DNA from: Deltaproteobacteria bacterium
Lineage (GTDB): Bacteria > SAR324 > NAC60-12
Reading direction: 5' to 3'
DNA length: 36,162 nt
NCBI GenBank assembly: GCA_011522845.1
Contig: WTIF01000060.1
Location: 1 to 36,162, forward strand
In this document: positions 9,423 through 18,779 of the stretch, piece after piece
Numbering within the stretch: position 1 is the stretch's first letter
How the letters are laid out: each line of letters starts with the position of its first letter
Position numbers and translations under genes: made by a program
The notes under the pieces: generated by a model
Database searches by the model: none
Seen by the model: only the letters and a program-made list of their open reading frames with translations
Told to the model about the DNA's origin: nothing

Positions 9423-9473
9423 AGAGGAGCGGTGAACTAGAGAGAAGAGACGCTTTGAAGAGGCTTCCCACAC

Positions 9474-11183
9474 TCAGTTTGTCAGATGTGGACTGAGGGT
9501 TTGTTGCAAAGAAACGTAGAGCCAGTGCAGCGCTAGTTGTTCCTTGCGTTGCTGTAGTTGTTGCAGGGATCGTTCGATGCCTTCCAGCGCCTGTTCTCGC
9601 TGTCGGTTGATCGCTTGAACCCGCTGTTGTTCTGTAAAGATAACGCTGACTAGTTGCTCCAGGTGTTGTCGACTGTGAGTAGTGACGACCCAGTTGCCAT
9701 CCTGTGCATAACTACAATAGGTGTTGATATCCAAGCGGAGTAGATCGTCGGATTCCCGGTAGTCGTTTGGATTGACCCAGAGCCGCTTGGGAACATTGCC
9801 CAGACTCCGCATCATCTCCGCAACAATTTCTTCTTCTTCACACCATAACAGGACCTGTCGACCAGTGAATTCGGCGGGATTCTGAGCGACCTCCTCCCAA
9901 GGTAGGCTCCTGCCCAGTTGCTCGACCAACTGTCTTCCCACGATGGCGACTCGATCAAGTACTTGCTGTTCCTGATCGTATAGCTCCTGATGAGCTCGCA
10001 GTCGTTGCTGTTCCTGTCGAAGTTTTTCATCTTCACGAAGCAACTTCTCTCGTCGTTCGTCCAACTCCTTGCGTTGCATGGGAGTACTGGCAATCGTCTT
10101 AGGTACCTCTACCGTGGGCCATTCTACAAAATCCAACACCGGTTCAAGTAATCCATTGATCGCCTTCCTGAGGTCAATGACGTTGCCTTTCAATTCTACT
10201 GAAGGCAGGGTACGTAGATAGAATCCCTGAAGATCATTGCCCAATTGATGTTGTCCGGGTTGTAGGCTTTCGACACTTTCGACGTTGTTGAATCCACGAG
10301 TAGCTAGAATGGAGCGGGCCAGCTCATTCAAGATTGGCAGACTGCCCAAACAACGGAGAGCTTGCGGCCGTGGAGCAATCGGTTGCTGGCGCTTGGCGTG
10401 TGTCTCCAGATACTGCAGGGTGCGTCGAAACGCAGCCGAATGGTCGGAGAGCTGTCGATGTACCAAGATGGTTTTGATCTTCACATCTCCAAGTGAAAAC
10501 TCGATCACGCCATCAAGTGGTACTCCTGGGAAAAGAAACAATCCCTTATCGGTTCGGAGCAGTCCTTTGACCTGCTGGGCTTCTACACTCTTGGCTTGTT
10601 GTGCCAGAAAAGTAGTCAGCCACTCCTGCACAGACTGGGTCCTATCGTCAGCTTCCAGGAAGCGAATCTGATCCAGCGCCAGCAGGGTTTGTGGTGGTAG
10701 ATCCTGAACAGTGCGACGACACCAGCCTTCTCGTGGGTCAACGTACTCCAGCATGGAGACACGGGATTGCAGGTTGATCCAGGGAAAAGAGCGCAACTTT
10801 TGGATTAGGAACACTCCAGGATGGGAAACCCGAAAGTGCATCTGGTTGGTTAGGCGAACCCAGGGACTGGGTGGCAAGAAAGGACTCAGCTCTTCCTGAA
10901 TATTTTCCAGCACCAGCGCCAAGGGAACTTCTCGCAGTCGTGCCTGCATTTGTGAAAGAAAAAAGATGCAGTCCCGATGCTCTCGGAAGCCATGTGGTGT
11001 GAAAAAGGTGAAGACAGGTTGCAGGTCCTGCAAGTGGGCACAAGTGGATACTAGACGATCCGGTTGTAAGTAGGAAGGGTCTAGCAGTGTGCCAACAAGT
11101 GGACCGTGTCCCGTGTGTTTTTCCAGTCGCTGTAAAAGAAAACGCCAGAAGGATGGATTAAAACCGATACCTACCAGTTGCAT
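9474..11183 (-). CDS. Hypothetical protein, 569 aa, soluble, with a central R/E/Q-rich coiled coil
   Basis: This is a long uninterrupted ORF with an ATG start. I recognise no catalytic or nucleotide-binding motif. Coiled-coil stretches are RKELDERREKLLREDEKLRQEQQRLRAHQELYDQEQQ and, at the C-terminus, QQRVQAINRQREQALEGIERSLQQLQQRKEQ. Confidence 0.65.
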   Translation of the reverse strand: MQLVGIGFNPSFWRFLLQRLEKHTGHGPLVGTLLDPSYLQPDRLVSTCAHLQDLQPVFTFFTPHGFREHRDCIFFLSQMQARLREVPLALVLENIQEELSPFLPPSPWVRLTNQMHFRVSHPGVFLIQKLRSFPWINLQSRVSMLEYVDPREGWCRRTVQDLPPQTLLALDQIRFLEADDRTQSVQEWLTTFLAQQAKSVEAQQVKGLLRTDKGLFLFPGVPLDGVIEFSLGDVKIKTILVHRQLSDHSAAFRRTLQYLETHAKRQQPIAPRPQALRCLGSLPILNELARSILATRGFNNVESVESLQPGQHQLGNDLQGFYLRTLPSVELKGNVIDLRKAINGLLEPVLDFVEWPTVEVPKTIASTPMQRKELDERREKLLREDEKLRQEQQRLRAHQELYDQEQQVLDRVAIVGRQLVEQLGRSLPWEEVAQNPAEFTGRQVLLWCEEEEIVAEMMRSLGNVPKRLWVNPNDYRESDDLLRLDINTYCSYAQDGNWVVTTHSRQHLEQLVSVIFTEQQRVQAINRQREQALEGIERSLQQLQQRKEQLALHWLYVSLQQTLSPHLTN

Positions 11184-11330
11184 GCGGCTCGTGCAGAAAA
11201 CTTGAACTTGTAGAATTCCCTCATAGCGAGAGCTTTGTCAGGAATCCAAAAAGCTTTGCGAGAAATTTGCAGGAAAATGAGTTAGCTTACACAAAACAAC
11301 CAGACCTTCAAACCAAACTATCGACAACTT

Positions 11331-13010
11331 ATGCCAGAAGTTGCAACTACCGCAGAGGTTCCCAAAATTATACCGATCCAAACTGAGCACTGGCGCAATC
11401 TATTGTCGTTGACGGATGCCAGTCGCAAGGAAAATGAGATCATCTATGCTTGGGGAAAACTCAAACAGCAGACAGAGGCGCACGTGCCAGGTACGGGTCC
11501 GTTGGTGCTGGATGAACTCTACCTCGACTTTCTGCGCTTGCAAGTGCTCAGCTACCCGATCGTGATCGACTGGAAGAAGCCACTGACCAAGCGGGAGTGG
11601 CTGAACTGCGAATCACAACAGAAGGAAGTGGCCAACCAATATGAGCAGATGTATAAGCTATCTGTTCACCTGCGCAAGCGTAGCTCAGAGCGCTATCCAG
11701 AAATGGCTCCTCTGTTCGGTATGCATCAGGAGTGTGGAGATGAACTGAGACAGCTGTGGGACTCCTTCCACAGTGCTTGGCGGGATTACAAAAAGGAATG
11801 GGAACACCTGCACCGCCAACAGCAAGCACGAAAGCGACGAGAGGCCGGAGGGAAGGCAGAATCCGGAGAAGACAATCCAGACATGCCCTTGGACGAGGAA
11901 GTCCTGCTGAAGATCCCACAGCCACCACCGCTACTCAATCGGGAACGCTGGCATGTACTGGTTTCAATGTCCCAGATGCTGACGACAGAACTTCGTTATC
12001 GGTGCCGAGACATACTCAAGACACCGGTACCGACCTCCAGGTTTCCTCCCAGCGTTCAACGTCTGATTGACGATGCCCGTCAGATTCAGGTGCAGACCAA
12101 TGGCTTTGAATTGCTGGACAAGGTGAAGTGGGTGCAGCGTCGCAACGCTCAACTGGTAGCGGAACTCGAGCGACTGACGCGAGAGCCGATCATCACTCCC
12201 GACCTACTGAATATTGCAGAAGAGAACCAACCCGAGCGAGAAGAACGAAAAGTCAGAGGATACACGGATGATGGTTCAGGCCAAACTTATGGTCGGGAGG
12301 AGAACCGGGCAGAGCATAAAAAACGTCCGATCTGGTGGTGGATGGGTACAGCTGCGGTTATTGGAACCGTTGTTTTCTTGTTGGCGATATTCTTACCTTC
12401 CTCAGATCGAGCAGGCTTGGGAGAAAAACTACCTCAATTGGTCTTCAAGCCCACTGGGCCAACACGAACGGTAGAGAGTAACCCTGCTTTGCCAGATCCA
12501 GAGCCGGTGGATGTCAAGGATATGCTGATCAATCTCAGCTTCGACATGCCCACAAGGCAGGTGTCCAAGGGAACCGCACGCCAGCTGGAGTCTTCTCTAC
12601 AAAATAAAAGCAGTCTGCCGGCAGAGTTAAGTGATTTAGGAGCACCCACTGCGGTTCTGGAAGCAGCTGGTGATATTTATCTCTATTGGGCAGACAAACT
12701 GACACGCTTTGAAAACACTTTGGAACTCCAACGTACTCTGCAAAAACTGGAACGTCAGTACCAACAGATGCAGCAGAACTTGAAAAACCTGGCTCAAGTA
12801 CCTTTCAAGGGACGCGTAGTTCCCACTCAGTCTGATGGTGAAGCCCGCTACGGAGTTGAATGGCAGGATGAGTCAGGCAATGTGGTGGGAACTCTCTACG
12901 AAAATGATGACGGAACTCAACTTCGTCTTCGCAATGGTGAGGTAACCGAGGGCATCTTCTCCCCCTATGAGCTAACGAAGTTGCTTGAGGAGCAGGCCTC
13001 GCAACGCTGA
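11331..13010 (+). CDS. Hypothetical single-pass membrane protein, 559 aa
   Basis: This is a long ORF with an ATG start. One clear TM helix is present (RPIWWWMGTAAVIGTVVFLLAIFLPSS, about residues 333-359). It separates a charged helical N-terminal half from a C-terminal part of about 200 aa. I recognise no family motif. The gene is transcribed divergently from 9474-11183 and lies just upstream of ftsY. Confidence 0.65.
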   Translation: MPEVATTAEVPKIIPIQTEHWRNLLSLTDASRKENEIIYAWGKLKQQTEAHVPGTGPLVLDELYLDFLRLQVLSYPIVIDWKKPLTKREWLNCESQQKEVANQYEQMYKLSVHLRKRSSERYPEMAPLFGMHQECGDELRQLWDSFHSAWRDYKKEWEHLHRQQQARKRREAGGKAESGEDNPDMPLDEEVLLKIPQPPPLLNRERWHVLVSMSQMLTTELRYRCRDILKTPVPTSRFPPSVQRLIDDARQIQVQTNGFELLDKVKWVQRRNAQLVAELERLTREPIITPDLLNIAEENQPEREERKVRGYTDDGSGQTYGREENRAEHKKRPIWWWMGTAAVIGTVVFLLAIFLPSSDRAGLGEKLPQLVFKPTGPTRTVESNPALPDPEPVDVKDMLINLSFDMPTRQVSKGTARQLESSLQNKSSLPAELSDLGAPTAVLEAAGDIYLYWADKLTRFENTLELQRTLQKLERQYQQMQQNLKNLAQVPFKGRVVPTQSDGEARYGVEWQDESGNVVGTLYENDDGTQLRLRNGEVTEGIFSPYELTKLLEEQASQR

Positions 13011-13093
13011 TTCAACGATTGCTTGTTCGATCACTGAGCTGTGAAATAGACAGATTCAGTAAATCTTCTACTTTTTGTTTGTCAATACTCACT

Positions 13094-14350
13094 ATGATTT
13101 TTTCGATTATCTGGTTTGTCTTCACGGTGTTTGGCAGTGGTGCCCTAGTTGCGGGATTGCTGTTCTTGTGGACGGGTGGTCAGCTTGGTGAGGTCAGTGA
13201 AAAACTGACTCCACAACAGGCTGAACTGCATCTGGCAGAGTTGGAAAAGCAGCGCCAACAGGAAGAAGAAGCTCGAGAACAAAAACAACGTGAAGTCCAG
13301 CTTGACCGACTGCAACAACAGAACGAAGCCCTTCAAGAGGAAATCACACGCAAGCAGGAAGAACGTCGACAGCAGCGTACGCTGACCAAACGCTTTGGGG
13401 AAGCAATCCCAGAAGTTCCAGCACCGACGCCAGAACCTCAGAACTTTTACGAAAAGCTGCGCTCTGGGATCAGTAAGACCCGTGAACAGATGCTTGGTGG
13501 GCTAAGCAATGCCCTACTTGGAAAGAAAGAAATTGATGAAGAGGTCTTGGACAGCTTGGAAGAAGCCCTGTTGGGAGCCGATATTGGACCAGAGACTACC
13601 GAGCAGATTCTGGAGGTGGTGACTTCTCGAGTTGAACGTCAGGAACTACGCGATGTGGATGCTTTACGAGAAGTGATCAAGGAGGAGATCGTACGTATTC
13701 TGCACAAGGAAGTGCCGATTCCCACAGTGGCAGATCGTAAGCCCTTGGTGTTGATGTTTGTCGGAGTCAATGGTGTGGGCAAAACCACCACGATCGGCAA
13801 AATCGCTGCTCAGTATCGCCGAGATGGACATCGTGTACTAATGGGGGCTGGAGATACCTTTCGTGCTGCTGCCATTGAGCAGTTGACCGAATGGAGCCGT
13901 CGCGCCGATTGTGACATTATCGCCAAGAGCCAAGGAGCGGATCCCTCTTCGGTGATGTACGAAGCCGTCGAGAAGGCAGTTCGTGAGGAATATGATGTTG
14001 TCATCTGCGATACCGCAGGAAGACTGCATACCAAGAAGAATCTGATGGAGGAGCTGCGTAAGATGGTGCGGGTAATTCGGAAGGTTGTACCGGATGCGCC
14101 CCACGAGGTGTTGCTCGTACTAGACGCAACTACGGGACAGAATGCCATCTTTCAGGCCCGTGAGTTTCGGGAAGCTGCAGATTTGACAGGAATTGTGATG
14201 ACCAAACTGGATGGAACGGCCAAGGGCGGAGTTATGATCGGGATCGTCAACGAATTTGACATTCCCGTTCGCTACATTGGGGTAGGAGAAGGTATCGAAG
14301 ACTTGCGTCCCTACGATGCCAAGCAGTTTACAGACTCGCTGTTTTCCTGA
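13094..14350 (+). CDS. ftsY: Signal recognition particle receptor FtsY with an N-terminal TM anchor and a coiled-coil A-domain, about 418 aa
   Basis: NG-domain GTPase motifs are GVNGVGKTTTIGK, DTAGR and TKLDGTAKGG. The N-terminus has the hydrophobic segment IIWFVFTVFGSGALVAGLLFLW followed by an E/Q/R-rich helix. I chose ATG 13094 over TTG 13019. Confidence 0.92.
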   Translation: MIFSIIWFVFTVFGSGALVAGLLFLWTGGQLGEVSEKLTPQQAELHLAELEKQRQQEEEAREQKQREVQLDRLQQQNEALQEEITRKQEERRQQRTLTKRFGEAIPEVPAPTPEPQNFYEKLRSGISKTREQMLGGLSNALLGKKEIDEEVLDSLEEALLGADIGPETTEQILEVVTSRVERQELRDVDALREVIKEEIVRILHKEVPIPTVADRKPLVLMFVGVNGVGKTTTIGKIAAQYRRDGHRVLMGAGDTFRAAAIEQLTEWSRRADCDIIAKSQGADPSSVMYEAVEKAVREEYDVVICDTAGRLHTKKNLMEELRKMVRVIRKVVPDAPHEVLLVLDATTGQNAIFQAREFREAADLTGIVMTKLDGTAKGGVMIGIVNEFDIPVRYIGVGEGIEDLRPYDAKQFTDSLFS

Positions 14351-16189
14351 TCATAGAGCGTCTGCAGCACAGCGAAATCCCAAGTTGAAAGCCTGAGTCC
14401 AGGCTGCTAAGCCATAGCGACGGCTACTGCGCAAGCCAGCTTCAGTGGCCCGTCCAAATAAGCCCTGCCAAGCACCCCCACGAGCCACTTTCTGTGGATA
14501 AGTTGGATTCGGTGGTGCCTCCGGCCCTTTTGGATTCTGTAGTTTTGCTTGGTCGTAGGGAGCATACCAGTCAGCAGTCCATTCCATCACATTCCCCTGC
14601 AGATCATAGAGGCCCCAAGCGTTGGGTTGCCGTTGCCCAACCACGGCTGCGGAACGAAGGTCTTGCGAGGTCATTTCAAACCAGGCCTGCTCTCTCAGTT
14701 CAGCGAGAACAGAGTCGGAGTTCTCCACATCACTCCCGGCTTGAGTGGCATACTCCCATTCAGCTTCGGTAGGAAGTCGCTTGCCGATGGAAGCACAGTA
14801 ACGCGCGCTGTTTTCCCAATCCACGTAGACTACTGGTTGTTCTGGCAGAGTTGTGTCAAAGCCTCCATAACCACGCATACATTCACTGCACTGTGCGTAG
14901 TCTGCGTTCGTGACTTCATGCACATCCAGATAGAATGGTGCTAATTCGATCTGACGAGTTGGCCATTCATCGTCTTCTCCTTCCAAACTTCCCATCTGGA
15001 ACGAGCCTCCTTCGAGCAAAGCCATTCCTGGACGATCACTGCTACCCTTGGGGATGACTAGTGCTGCAGTAGGATCAGGCTCAGCAGATGTTTCTGGTAA
15101 TGATTGAGTATAACTTGAATCAAAACTATTGTTATCTGCTGCTGTATTCTCCACAGTCATTTTCATTTCAGCAGAATCCTCAGGTTCTGCCTCAATGGCT
15201 TCGGTTGATGGGGCTATCATTGCCACTGTTTCTGTGTCCTGTAAATCATCAACCTTGTTGATCGGGTCTAACGTTGGAGTGCTGGCCTCTTCGTTCTCAG
15301 CAATGATTGATTGGGATTCTGCGGTTTCCTCTCCAACACCTTCCGGATTATCTACGGTAGGAGAGACTTCTGGTTGAGCTACTTCATCGCTGGTATTGGC
15401 GGTAGTATCTGGTTCAGGAATTACTTGGGTGGGTTCATCTGGGAGGCTTTCTTGTTCGCTTACTTCACCAGTTGGTACTGAAGCAAGGCTTGGTGTTGTA
15501 GGGATCACCGCGGTAACTGAGGGAGTAGTTGGACTTTCACTATCGGTTGCTGTCTCATTTATTGTGCTTATTGTGGAAGTGTCTGCAGAGGTGGCTGTCT
15601 CCGTTTCAGGAGCGCTTTTTTCCTCAGAAGGAGAGATGATTTCGGTACTTTCAGCAGGTGACTTGACTCCAGCTGTTTCAGGAGCTTGGGGAATTTCGAA
15701 TAAACGGATTGGCCAGGTCAACTGTTCGCGTAGCAGCACGCGATTGGTCAGTAATTCCTGCAATTCCAAATCAACTTGAACTCCACCCTGGGTCTGGCTG
15801 TACAGGCCTTCCAGTAACCAATCGGCACCAGCAAGACCAGCAAGCTCACGATTGGTCAATGGTCGACTTTGCAGACGCAAGCTGCCATTCCAATCATCTA
15901 AAATACGCTGCAATTGAGGGGGATGGATGAGTTGGCGAGGAAGATCAGGACTTAGGCCGAGAAATAGAAGTTGCTGCAGTTGGCGAGAGATCTCAGTGAC
16001 TTCCTCTGAACCTGCCGGTGGAACAGGCACAATAGCCAGTACGGGAGCCAACACGCTTGGGTCCAGAGCAAGCGTCAATAAGCGTTCCCGAAAGCCATCC
16101 CATTCGATAGGTAGCTCTTCTGTAGTTTGGGCAAAAGAGGTTTGCCCCAGGAAGAAGAATAGACAACTGAGCAGAAAAAATTTTCGCAT
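14351..16189 (-). CDS. Secreted FGE/SUMF1-family (C-type-lectin-fold) domain protein with an N-terminal TolB-N/LpoB-like module and a long acidic S/T/P/E linker, about 612 aa
   Basis: The C-terminal domain carries GGSFQMGS, HEVTNADYAQC, NAWGLYDLQGNVMEWTADWY, RGGAW and GFRCA. The signal peptide is MRKFFLLSCLFFFLGQTSFA, so I moved the start to ATG 16189. That start lies 9 nt downstream of the gltX stop. I do not see the catalytic Cys pair of genuine formylglycine-generating enzymes. Confidence 0.85.
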   Translation of the reverse strand: MRKFFLLSCLFFFLGQTSFAQTTEELPIEWDGFRERLLTLALDPSVLAPVLAIVPVPPAGSEEVTEISRQLQQLLFLGLSPDLPRQLIHPPQLQRILDDWNGSLRLQSRPLTNRELAGLAGADWLLEGLYSQTQGGVQVDLELQELLTNRVLLREQLTWPIRLFEIPQAPETAGVKSPAESTEIISPSEEKSAPETETATSADTSTISTINETATDSESPTTPSVTAVIPTTPSLASVPTGEVSEQESLPDEPTQVIPEPDTTANTSDEVAQPEVSPTVDNPEGVGEETAESQSIIAENEEASTPTLDPINKVDDLQDTETVAMIAPSTEAIEAEPEDSAEMKMTVENTAADNNSFDSSYTQSLPETSAEPDPTAALVIPKGSSDRPGMALLEGGSFQMGSLEGEDDEWPTRQIELAPFYLDVHEVTNADYAQCSECMRGYGGFDTTLPEQPVVYVDWENSARYCASIGKRLPTEAEWEYATQAGSDVENSDSVLAELREQAWFEMTSQDLRSAAVVGQRQPNAWGLYDLQGNVMEWTADWYAPYDQAKLQNPKGPEAPPNPTYPQKVARGGAWQGLFGRATEAGLRSSRRYGLAAWTQAFNLGFRCAADAL

Positions 16190-16197
16190 CAATCGCC

Positions 16198-17643
16198 TCA
16201 GGAAGTTGTGAGAGCTAGCGCATTTTCTATGAGCTGTTGACATTTTTCCTTGCCGAAGAGCGCAGCCATCATGCTGAGATCTGGACCGTGTTCTTCCAAT
16301 GTGATCGCGTAGCGTAGCGGAGTCCAGAGATCCTTGCCTTTAATCCCGGTACTTTTCTGAATTCCTTTGACCAACTGCTTGAAGTTGCTTTCATCCCAAG
16401 TATCGGTGTCAACCAGGGCGGTTTGGAAAGCACTCAACACAGTTTGGGCTGTTGGTTGGTGCAGGTAATCGATCAACTCTGGTTGTTCAAGTTGGGGCTT
16501 ATCTTCAAAGAAGATCGCTAGTTTGTCCAGTACTTCGGGCAAAGTAACTAGTCTTGGCTGAATGATCTGAATTGCCCTCCGTAGAAATTCTGGATCTGCT
16601 CCCGAATAACGTGAGTTGGCCAACCAAGGTTGCAGACGTTGCATCAGGTCATCCAACTCCAGACGCTGCAGATACTGCTGGTTCATCCAGTCCAGTTTGT
16701 TGCGATCAAAGACAGCTCCAGCCTTCCCAACTCGTTCAAAGCTGAATTTTTCGATCAATTCAGACATTGAGAACAGTTCTTGGTCATCAGAAGTGTTCCA
16801 TCCTAACAAAGCAATGAAGTTGACCAGTGCCTCAGCAACGTAGCCCTGAGCTTTGAAATCTTCAACGGCTACATCACCTTGTCGTTTGCTGAGCTTGGAA
16901 CGATCCGGGTTTAGAATCAGTGGAAGGTGTGCAAAACGCGGTGGTTCCCAGCCGAAGTAGCGATAAAGCAGAAGGTGTTTGGGGAAGGAAGGGAGCCACT
17001 CTTCCCCACGAACTACGTGTGTAATCTCCATCAGATGATCGTCAACGACACAGGCTAGGTGGTAGGTGGGAAACCCATCAGACTTGAGCAGTACTTGGTC
17101 GTCCAGTTGGCTGCTGTCAATACTGACATGCCCACGAATTAGGTCATCAATCAGGATCTTTTCTCCATCGTCTGGAATCCGCATCCGAATGACATACGCT
17201 TCACCACCTGCCTGGCGCTGCTGTACTTCTGTAGCTCTCAGTTCTCGACAGTGCCCATCGTACTTGGGATTTAGACCTTGGGCTTTCTGCTGCTGCTTGA
17301 GGTTGTCCAGACGTTCCTGCGTACAGAAGCAAGGGTAGGCATGGCCAGAATCCATCAGGATCTGTAGATGATCTTGGTAGAGTGCGAGTCGCTCTGACTG
17401 ACGATAGGGACCATACTCACCTCCAATATTGGGGCCTTCGTCACAATTCACTCCAGCCCATTGCAGCATTTGCAGAAGGTCTTGTTCGGATCCCTCCACC
17501 AGTCGTTGCTGATCGGTATCTTCAAGTCGGAACAAAAAACGCCCACCCTGTTGCTGGGCATAGAGAAAACTGAAGAGTGCGGTACGCAGGCCACCAACGT
17601 GTAAGTAACCAGTCGGACTTGGAGCAAAGCGGAGTCGAACCAT
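16198..17643 (-). CDS. gltX: Glutamate--tRNA ligase, 481 aa
   Basis: Class I motifs are the HIGH-type FAPSPTGYLHVGG and the KMSKS-type KLSKRQG. GltX-type catalytic and anticodon-binding domains are present. Confidence 0.95.
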   Translation of the reverse strand: MVRLRFAPSPTGYLHVGGLRTALFSFLYAQQQGGRFLFRLEDTDQQRLVEGSEQDLLQMLQWAGVNCDEGPNIGGEYGPYRQSERLALYQDHLQILMDSGHAYPCFCTQERLDNLKQQQKAQGLNPKYDGHCRELRATEVQQRQAGGEAYVIRMRIPDDGEKILIDDLIRGHVSIDSSQLDDQVLLKSDGFPTYHLACVVDDHLMEITHVVRGEEWLPSFPKHLLLYRYFGWEPPRFAHLPLILNPDRSKLSKRQGDVAVEDFKAQGYVAEALVNFIALLGWNTSDDQELFSMSELIEKFSFERVGKAGAVFDRNKLDWMNQQYLQRLELDDLMQRLQPWLANSRYSGADPEFLRRAIQIIQPRLVTLPEVLDKLAIFFEDKPQLEQPELIDYLHQPTAQTVLSAFQTALVDTDTWDESNFKQLVKGIQKSTGIKGKDLWTPLRYAITLEEHGPDLSMMAALFGKEKCQQLIENALALTTS

Positions 17644-17666
17644 GCAGAAGAAAAAATTGAAGATTT

Positions 17667-18779
17667 TCAGAGTTCATCGGTGCGAAAACGTCGCATCCGA
17701 ACATTGAGGAGTAAGCCGATGCCAAACATTTGCGAGAGCATTGCCGAGCCGCCATAGCTGAAGAAGGGCAGGGGTACTCCGACAACGGGCATGAGTCCGA
17801 TGGTCATGCCGATGTTGATCAGTACATGCGAGGTCAGAATCGTGACCACGCCTACAGTCAGCATCGCACTGACCCGATCCTGAGTATTGAGGATGTGCCC
17901 AAGTGACCAGAAGATCAATGCCATGAACAGTAGTAGGACTGTCAGAGTTCCTACAAAGCCCCATTCTTCGGCAAACACAGAGAAAATAAAGTCTGTGTGG
18001 TGAGCTGGCAAAAAGTTCAGCTGTCCCTGAGTTCCACCCCCAATACCTTGACCCCAGATTCCCCCGTTACCGACAGCAATCTTTGATTGGATGATGTGAT
18101 AGCCGGCGCCTAATGGATCACGAGTTGGATCCAGAAAAGTCAATACTCTTTCCTGTTGATAAGGCTTGAGCACGAAATGCCACGCAACCGGTAAAGAACA
18201 GAGTCCCAGCACTATGGAGGCGAGTAGTACCCACAGCTTCAGTCCAGCCAAGAAGATCATCGGCATAAAGACTATCAGCAGCAACAGAGCTGTGCCTAGG
18301 TCGGGCTGTCTGAGGATCAGCAGCAAGGGAACTAGCATCAACAAACTGGGCCAGATGAGTTCCTTGATGCCTAATCGGCCGATGCGCTGGCCCTCTCGGA
18401 AGTAGTGCGCCAAGGAGAGTACAAGAGTCAACTTGGCAAACTCCGAGGGTTGCACGAACACGGGTCCCACCTGTAACCAACGCTCTACTGGTGAACCAGG
18501 CCCACCTGTACCGATAAACAGTACCAGTATCAGTAGACAGACCGCACCAAGATGAAGGAATGGCCCGAACTGTGCCCAGATTCGGTAATCTATCACCGTT
18601 GCTGTTAGCGCGAGTGCCAGTCCCAGCCCCATCCAAATGACTTGTCTTGGCAAAAAACGACCGAGTTGTGGGCTTCCCATCGTAGCAGAGTACATCGCTA
18701 CAATACCTACAGCACAGAGCATGAGTACGATACTCAACAGCACCCAGTCGAAGTTTGCAAATAGGCGACGATCCAGCAT
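17667..18779 (-). CDS. rodA: SEDS-family peptidoglycan polymerase RodA (FtsW/RodA/SpoVE), about 370 aa
   Basis: The N-terminus MLDRRLFANFDWVLL is RodA-typical. Other motifs: PSEFAKL, RQPDLGTALL, LPAHHTDFIFSVFAEEWGF and SYGGSAML. I chose ATG 18779 over TTG 18794. No mrdA/PBP2 gene lies next to it. Confidence 0.88.
   Translation of the reverse strand: MLDRRLFANFDWVLLSIVLMLCAVGIVAMYSATMGSPQLGRFLPRQVIWMGLGLALALTATVIDYRIWAQFGPFLHLGAVCLLILVLFIGTGGPGSPVERWLQVGPVFVQPSEFAKLTLVLSLAHYFREGQRIGRLGIKELIWPSLLMLVPLLLILRQPDLGTALLLLIVFMPMIFLAGLKLWVLLASIVLGLCSLPVAWHFVLKPYQQERVLTFLDPTRDPLGAGYHIIQSKIAVGNGGIWGQGIGGGTQGQLNFLPAHHTDFIFSVFAEEWGFVGTLTVLLLFMALIFWSLGHILNTQDRVSAMLTVGVVTILTSHVLINIGMTIGLMPVVGVPLPFFSYGGSAMLSQMFGIGLLLNVRMRRFRTDEL

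Noticed and set aside
11184-11330. A sigma-54-like GG-N10-GC match (AGGAATCCAAAAAGCT) in the spacer between the two orphan genes.
   Set aside because: Only the invariant dinucleotides match, and both the -24 and -12 flanks are poor. The match is within chance expectation.
14351-14800. A diversity-generating retroelement (DGR) target. FGE/C-type-lectin-fold C-termini are the classic DGR variable-region scaffold.
   Set aside because: The window contains no reverse transcriptase or Avd-like gene. I could not see any template-repeat copy of the gene's 3' end. The 3' end abuts ftsY directly, which leaves no room for a TR.
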